Source of the DNA: Schmidtea polychroa
Lineage: Eukaryota
Reading direction: 5' to 3'
Assembly (NCBI GenBank): GCA_044892525.1
Contig: CM097885.1
Coordinates: forward strand, 236,904,001 to 236,968,000
DNA length: 64,000 nucleotides
Part shown: piece after piece, positions 56,672-64,000 of the stretch
How the letters are laid out: the number at the start of each line of letters is the position of its first letter
How positions within the stretch are numbered: position 1 is the stretch's first letter
Notes under the pieces: model-generated
What the model was told of the DNA's origin: nothing
Database searches by the model: none
Seen by the model: only the letters and a program-made list of their open reading frames with translations
Made by a program: the position numbers and the translations under genes

Positions 56672-57083
56672 CTAAAACGAAATAACATCAATGAATTTTA
56701 CATCAGCATCGAGGGTCGAGCGTTATTATGAGCATCAAGGCTAAATGAAGGTAATCCCCTCGTCGCAGTCCTCCGCTACGCGCTCCCCAAAACCGAGTCC
56801 TATGTATCTTACCCAACCTTATAGGGCTGTCAACGCTGTAGAAAATTGTAGTCAACAATAATGATACTCCACGTCATGAACATTACTAAGAACCAAACAA
56901 TCCACACAATTAAGTTATCATCGACCACCAAGACACAAACAAACATTAAATAATTATGAACTATTAAGACCTAACGAATAATATTCGCACCCTGGATCAA
57001 AAATGCTTAACCCAGTACATAATATCACACAATACACTCAATAACGGGTCATCACATAATGATTAGTTTTTATCACAAGTTCT

Positions 57084-57607
57084 TCATTTTGACACAATAC
57101 GGACGTTAGTTGTACCGCGCCCGCTAGCCTTCGGTCCCGTACTCTCCTTGGTCGAGCTGGCGGTTTTTCGCGGGCGTCCGCGTTTTCCCAGTCGTCCTAG
57201 TTCCCGTTGAGGTCTTCTTGGGTATTCCAACCCACGTTGGAGAGCCGCGGTTCGTTTTGGATGACATTGGGCTCGGGCGTAGCCGTCGATGTCTTCCAGC
57301 TCGCCGGCCAGGACTGATATTTCGAGTCGATGCAACCGGTCCACCGCCTCCTTCGCATCGTTGAATGCGTCGATCAAAGCCAATGCCGAATGATTGAGAT
57401 ATGGCTCCACCTTTGGAATCACCGGGACCACATTCTGGTAGGTCCAATCATGAATCTTGTACCAGATCTATCTGGACCGTAGCCGGGCGATTTCTGCGTT
57501 CTCCTCCAATCGGACGGCTTCGTCTGCCCTATCACCGGTAATTCCTAGGCTGAAGTCGGTCGACGAGTGGTTTTCCCGTACGTTTCTTAATTCAGCATTG
57601 GACATGA
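57084..57607 (-). pseudogene. Exon of the GC-rich gene (copy B) with a premature stop
   Basis: Acceptor TTTTATCATTACAG ending at 57608; reads MSNAELRNV...EIARLRSR*IWYKIHDWTYQNVVPVIPKVEPYL...; TAG at 57468-57470 aligns with TGG (Trp) in copy A. Confidence 0.65.
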
Positions 57608-59094
57608 CTGTAATGATAAAAATATTAAAACGAATCTTTGTACCTCTATTTACGTTCGATCACTCAAAAATGTCCAAACACCCTATTACAATTTATATTC
57701 AAGCATAATACACAACCAATTCAACAGACAATGATTTTGTAGGTAAAGTAAATTAATTTACAAATTAATTTCCATATTTGGTCCATATATCCAATTTAAC
57801 AAATTAGATCCGGATTACTAAATTAAATTAAGTTCATACATTAAAGATTGGTAGATTGGGCTTAACAACTTAAGGGTGGACAAAATTAAAATAGAAAAAT
57901 TAGAATTTCATAAATTAAATTAAAATCACATATTCGAATGAATTTGTTTAACTCATCTAAAAGTTTAACTTGTTATTTCACATTAGTTTCCTTTTTTAAA
58001 AAAAAATTTTCTTTTATTCAGCAAAATTATGCTACTAAGACCCACTATGGAAAGTGGCATTGTTAATTGTCCGAATTTATTTCGGCTCTTCGCAATCCCT
58101 GACCATAGTGGTTGTAGGTGGCCAGATCATCGATTGCTATTCAGTGGGTAAGTCAAATTTTGATTCTGATAAATTCGCTTTATTTCAGAAATGGATTTCC
58201 AAACCCTCCGTTTCGGGCCAGACCCTTCCATCGGATAGAGTATTTGGCATATTGCTGTTTGGCGGTAACCCAAATTATGCCAACTTATTCAATTTTGCAA
58301 AGTGTTTAGATGGGAATTTCTATTCATCATCCAATTTTGGATCGATGTCATGGAAATGTAAGCCAATAGTTTGAACTTGAGGGAATTTCGAGTGACTCTC
58401 CGTTCACTCACCCTCCCACGTCATCAGTAAGGCTTTTACAGTGTTTAAAATGATTCCTTAAATAAAATTAAAAATAAATTTCTTTTTCTTTTTGATTTCA
58501 TTGAATGATTTTTCGCTTTTATTGCATTTAATTGAATAATTTATGTATTGTAAGGTAATAGTTATTAGACAATTTTGTTAGTTTTTCCGTTTAGGTAATT
58601 AGCGGTTATAACTGTAATATATGTTCCTCATTGTTCTTGGTTCATGGTAGTAAGGAACATGTATCCTAGTTTAAGCGGAGTTCCTTGTCTTTTCTGGTAT
58701 ACATGGGTTCTACTTCTGGCATAACATGGGTTAAATTAGCCAAGTTGTCAGTGGTTGTATTCGAAGATCAGGGTTTCCTGCTGCCTTGGTCGATGGTGAT
58801 TGGCTCGTCTACGAGAATGCATGTCTTGTCCATTCGGTTAGTCAGGGTAAATTCGGCGAGGGCACCCCTTAATCTGCATGGTTATTTCTATAAATAGAAT
58901 CAGTTCTATTGGTTACATTTTTATATAAGGAAAAGAAAATCGATAATATCGATTTGAATTTTCTATTAATAGTAACATTAAGAAAATCGATATATTGGTT
59001 GGAGTCGGTTATATAGTGAATAAGGTAGGATTCTTGCAACTAAATTTAGACATAGGGGGATCCCAATCACTAATTTTTGCCAAAACAAAAATTT

Positions 59095-59420
59095 ATAATT
59101 AATAATGTAATAATAATGATAGGGATAATAATAATGGAAATGACAAGGGTGAAAATGTGGTAATAACACTAATAGCAGTAATAATAATAACCTTAAGAAT
59201 GATGGTAGTAATAATAATAGTAATGATAATGATACGAAAGATATTAATAATAATATTCATTATAATAATAATATCAATAATAATGGTGAAGATAATGATA
59301 ATAATAATAATAATAATAGTAATAATCGTAACAATGGGAATGGTAACATTAGTAATGATAATAACATCAATATTAACAATGACAATAAGGTTAATGATGA
59401 TACTAATAAATATAAATTTG
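59095..59420. repeat. Degenerate (AAT/GAT)n low-complexity tract
   Basis: Trinucleotide periodicity; source of the Ile/Met-rich pseudo-ORFs. Confidence 0.8.
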
Positions 59421-59674
59421 TAGTGTATGGGGTTACCACATATGGGAATCACTTGCGGAAAATTATGAACTCATTTTTCGCCCTGGGAGGTACAATGATA
59501 TTTCTAAGAGTAATGCAAGCTAACTAGGTTCCGAAGCAAATTAAACTAATACTTTTAGGTAGTCCTTAAGGACTATAGGAATCGAAAAGGGGTTATTTAT
59601 GAAAATTTATAAGTAATCCTTCTATATCACAATAAGTTGATTTATGGCAGGGGTATTTATGAAAATTTATAAAT

Positions 59675-60185
59675 CGTCATTTTTAACATACTACAATTCT
59701 AAATATATATTAAAATAAGTTAGTTTAGGGTATTTATGCATTGGGTATTGAAGGTATATTTCGGGGGGGGGGGTCATTTAAGAAACTTGTAATTTAGCTT
59801 TTCTAAACATAATATAAGTTAGATATACATTAAGGAAACTTGATATACTCCTGTATGCTTTTATATGGTAATAATATACACTTTAGTAAGGTAATTTTTA
59901 GAAAATTAATAATAATAATAAGGACAATCCTAAAGATGGAAATTGCTAAATTATCATTTTAACATATCACTATCTAAAATTATATATTAAAATAAGTTTA
60001 TTTAGGACATTTGGGTGATGAATATATATTCCGGGGGGTCATTTGAGAAAATTTATAATTTATCACTTTCTAAGCATAATGTAAATAAGTATTAAGAAAG
60101 TTTAATATACTTATGTATGCCATTATATGGGAATGATATACCCTTTATTAATGTAGTTTTAGAAAATCAATCATGATGATAGTAA
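59675..60185. repeat. Two diverged ~275-bp tandem units containing a GGGGGGTCATTT motif
   Basis: 59678-~59920 aligns with 59955-~60180. Confidence 0.75.
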
Positions 60186-61349
60186 TGATACCAAAGTTGA
60201 TAATATTATTAGGACTCCCAAAAAAAATCTTTGAAAGTTTTATGTCAACTATATTTCAATACACATAAAGGTAAGAATAAAAATTTTTTGAAGGGATTTT
60301 AGTTTATAAAAATGTACATTGAACGTGAACTAAATTACATTGAAGAAAATTATGAATAGTAGTACTAAAATCTGTTAATATTAGATATTAATTCGTGCAA
60401 TTAGCCGACTATCGAAAGCCTTTGTATTAATTTGAGTCTGGGATATTTCCCGTTTAGATGTTCTTAGTGATATATTTCCTATAGAAGAATTAAGTTTTTG
60501 GTATGTCGTTTACCGAAAGGTCGAATTAATTAAAATTTTCCTACTTTCCCGACCCAACTAGATACGGTACGATAGGCCTTATTGTGTTATGTTTCCCGCG
60601 ATTACTTTCCCGAAGTTTATTTCGTCCTCATAGTCCCTATGACTATGCCAACTACCGGTATGGATTTACCGCCCTACTCCTGGTTAGAACCATTTGTTCG
60701 TGGCGACCTCCGGTTAATAAAAAATGTTTAAATTTTTATGCATGTGGGGTCGTAGACCCAAAAATTGTGCATGTGGCTACTGGTTGAAAAGAAGACTGAT
60801 CAGCGTCGTGGATGCTACCCATTCACGACGACGCTAGTCACTCTTGTTCAGTAATAATCAAATATGAAAAAAGGATAAAAATATAATTAATAAAATGAAC
60901 TATAATGATAAAAGAACAATCATAAAATAAATATAATCAACAATGCTTACTCTCGGTGTCAATTAGATTTTCGGTGAAAATTTTTGGCATACAAAAAGAT
61001 TAAATTGTGACCAAAATGCGTCGGTATATATACCTATTTTGTACACGTGTATGTATTGATGCATTAAAACAAACTCGAATTCTTTTTATTCCAGAATTTT
61101 CTATTTCGTGATTTTGATATTTTTAATGGAAATTTTAGTGCTATAATTTTTGTTTTTATTTTTAAATTTTTATTTTCTAATTATTTTTCATTAATTTTAC
61201 GTCCATGATGGATTTGGAACGGTTTCAGAACATTCTATTTTATTTTTAATACAATTTTCATTTTAACTGCTGTTTTATGAATTTCTTTTTAAGATTTTTT
61301 ATTTTTAATACTAATTTATTTATTTTCTCTAACTTTTGTTGGTCTAGAT

Positions 61350-63926
61350 CAGGGCTGGCAAAAGCGTCGACCGCGTAGCTATCGAAAGTAGCCCGATGGA
61401 AAATTGCATATAAAAATCAGTTTTTTATTTATTGAATTTCTAACTTTATAAACATATTTAAAATAAGTTTCGATTCATATGACAAAAAAATTCCAATAAG
61501 AAACATAATATTAGTCAGATAACACTCAGAGTGTAGTAAATTTTTAGTTTGAAATTCAAATATATACAGTTAGCTAATAATCAGAATAAATTTCATGTGT
61601 TTGAACAAGTAGGCCATAAAATAAAAGCAAAACATTGACGCTACAATCTTCGATAAGGAATAAAAAAATAAAAAACAACCAAAATAAAATACAACAAACG
61701 TGTGTTTGTCTATTTCAATTTTGAAATCAAATTGTTTTCGTTAGAAAAATTTGAAAGCTTGAAGTATTCAGTATTGAATAATACCTGCTTATAATATTAA
61801 TTTCAAAATTTTTTTATTAAAAAAAATTCTTTATAAAAGTTAACATTTTTAATTTTTGAGTATGTAAGTGTGTTTAACATTAATTTTCATATTTAATTTA
61901 TTTTAGCTTTTATTATTTTCTTGTTTTAGCCCCAATGACACAACCGACCAAAAAAACTAAAACGTACCATTATAATACTGAATGGGAACAGGAATTTTTT
62001 TTCATAATGATGAAAGATAAGTGTGTTTGTCTCATTTGTAATTCAAACGTAGCACTACCTAAAAGAGCTAACGTTGAACGACATTTTCGAACAGTGCACA
62101 AACAGTATGAAATTGACTTTCCATTACATTCCGAGGTACGAAAAGACAAAGTCAAGCAGTTAAAGTCTCAATTAGGTGCACAACAAACTTTTTTTACGAA
62201 ATTTAACTCAAAATCAAAAACAGCTACCCTAGCATCATTCAAGGTAGTTAAGATTTTGATGAAACATAAAAAACCTTTTGGAGATGGCGAAATATGGAAA
62301 CAGGCGTTTGTTGAAGCTGGTGAGGTGTTATTCAAAGATTTTAAAAATAAATCCGAAATAATGGATTGTATCAACAATATGTCATTGACGCGCAATACTA
62401 GCACGCAAAGAATGGTGGACATTAGCAAAAACTTGGAAGATATTTTGCGGCAAGATATTCGAAAATGCCGCTTTTTCTCTTTGCAATTTGATGAATCTAC
62501 AGATTTCACTGATACTGCGCAACTATGCATCTTCATTCGAATGGTTTTTGATGATATGTCAACCAGAGAAGAATTATTGACTATTCTTCCAATGAAAGGA
62601 CAAACAAGGGGTCAAGATATTTACAATATATTTACATTATAAGTCGCACCCATTTCCCGATTCACAAGTTGGTATCAATTACCACGGATGGAGCTCCGTC
62701 TATGATCGGAAAACATGTCGGATTTGTAACACTTTGCAAAAATGATGAAGAAATTCCCAGTTTTCATTCGTATCATTGCATTATCCACCAGCAAACCTTA
62801 TGCTCCAAAGTGTTGAACTCTAACTATGTAATGAATATTGCGTTTAAAATAGTAAATTCGATACGTGCAAGAAGTCTACAACGACGTCAATTTCGAACTT
62901 TGCTTGAACAATGTGAAATTGAAAATACTGAATTATTGTTACACACGGATGTAAGATGGCTTAGCCGTGCAGCATTTTTAAAACGATTTAGAGATCTTTT
63001 GCCCGGAATAAAACAGTTTTTGACTGGAAGAGAAGAATTATATCCCGAACTGGAGGATAAAAGTTGGCTGATAAATCTTGCTTTTCTTTGCGACATTACA
63101 GAGCACCTGAATAAATTAAATTTACAGCTTCAGGGGAGACACAAATCAATTCTTGACATGATAACGGCAGTAAAGACGTTTAAAGAGAAACTGTCCTTGT
63201 TTGTGCGTCAACTAGAACGGGGTGATTTGAAACATTTTAAAAACATGGAAGAAGAATCCAAAAATGCGCCAGGAATTCTTTACGATAAATATACAAATCA
63301 AATTACTACCCTTTTAAATGAATTTAACACACGTTTCGCAGATTTATCTAAAATTGCAAATATTGCTATGTTCATGTCATTCCCGTTTAATGATGTTATT
63401 GATACAGAGGAGATCGCTACTCAGATTAATGAATTTCTGGATTCAGATTCAGCTTGCTTAGAAGATGAGATAATAGCGTTGAAAAGCGACATTTACTTAA
63501 AATCAAGAGCTACAACCGAAGATAATTTTTGGAATCTTATTTCAGAAGAAAAATATCCAATTTTGCGGAGAGTAGTTAGATATATGTCCGCATTTTTTGG
63601 ATCCACCTATCTTTGTGAATCAGCCTTTTCTTCAATGAATGTCATTAAAACAAAACATCGATCTTGTTTGACAGATGATCATTTGGAATCATGCTTGCGG
63701 ATCGCCATAAGCTCCTATTGCCCGAAATACGAAGAACTTGCTGATAAGATGCAGTGCCACGTATCAGGTGCAAGTAGTAGCAGTAAATAATATTATATTA
63801 AGATATGTTTACGTTCTAGTAAAGTATTATAAGTTTTTTTCTAATTCGTTTTGTATTTAAATAGAATAAATAGAATAACTACAGGTAACAATTGAAAATA
63901 GTTTTTCTGGTAGACCGCCAGATTTA
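61350..63926 (+). mobile_element. hAT DNA transposon (Charlie/SPIN/Buster group); 3' TIR not seen
   Basis: 5' TIR CAGGGCTGGCAAAA preceded by GTCTAGAT (NNNTANNN target); transposase inside; subterminal GTAGACCGC motif at ~63910. Confidence 0.8.
61935..63790 (+). pseudogene. hAT transposase (GTF2IRD2/SPIN-like), split by one frameshift near 62640
   Basis: N-terminal CxxC...RHF...H zinc finger, FSLQFDESTD, TTDGAPSM, HCIIHQ, VRWLSR, FGSTYLCESAFSSM dimerization motif; ORFs 61935-62642 and 62669-63790 are in different frames. Confidence 0.92.
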
Positions 63927-64000
63927 ATTTAGTTTGAGGGGGGTCAATTAAGAAAAATTTTCTAAATTTATTTTATAGAAATAATATATATATATATATA

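Larger units (their letters stand above)
54761..58650. repeat. Diverged tandem duplication with ~2.7-kb period (54761-~55900 vs 57442-~58650)
   Basis: Colinear similarity across exon, intron and upstream sequence (e.g. TGATAAAA..ATTAAAACGAATC, ACAGACAATGATTTT, GGATTACTAAATTAAATTAAGTTC-like, TGTTCCTCATT). Confidence 0.85.

Noticed and set aside
61970..63096. Minus-strand ORFs inside the hAT transposase
   Set aside because: Shadow ORFs of the transposase

Overview
Very AT-rich eukaryotic (metazoan-like) DNA, dominated by repeats. There are no operons, rRNA, tRNA or CRISPR arrays. Composition, (AAT)n/(TA)n microsatellites and the TE types would fit a planarian-like genome, but the species cannot be established from the sequence. 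The main feature is two copies of a ~17 kb non-coding palindromic (fold-back) element, at 11429-28409 and 37571-54760. Each has ~8 kb near-identical inverted arms around the same 1009 bp spacer, which is in opposite orientation in the two copies. The family has AGTAG...CTACT termini, a terminal poly-C/poly-G hairpin, modular tandem-repeat blocks and a nested 3.2 kb TIR-bounded module in every arm. The rest of the window holds several MITEs, a decayed Penelope GIY-YIG fragment, a short microsatellite-linked repeat with a minimal hammerhead-like core, a tandemly duplicated GC-rich spliced minus-strand gene (one copy cut by the giant element), a probable host first exon (5948-6763, minus strand) and a frameshifted hAT transposase of the Charlie/SPIN (GTF2IRD2-like) type.
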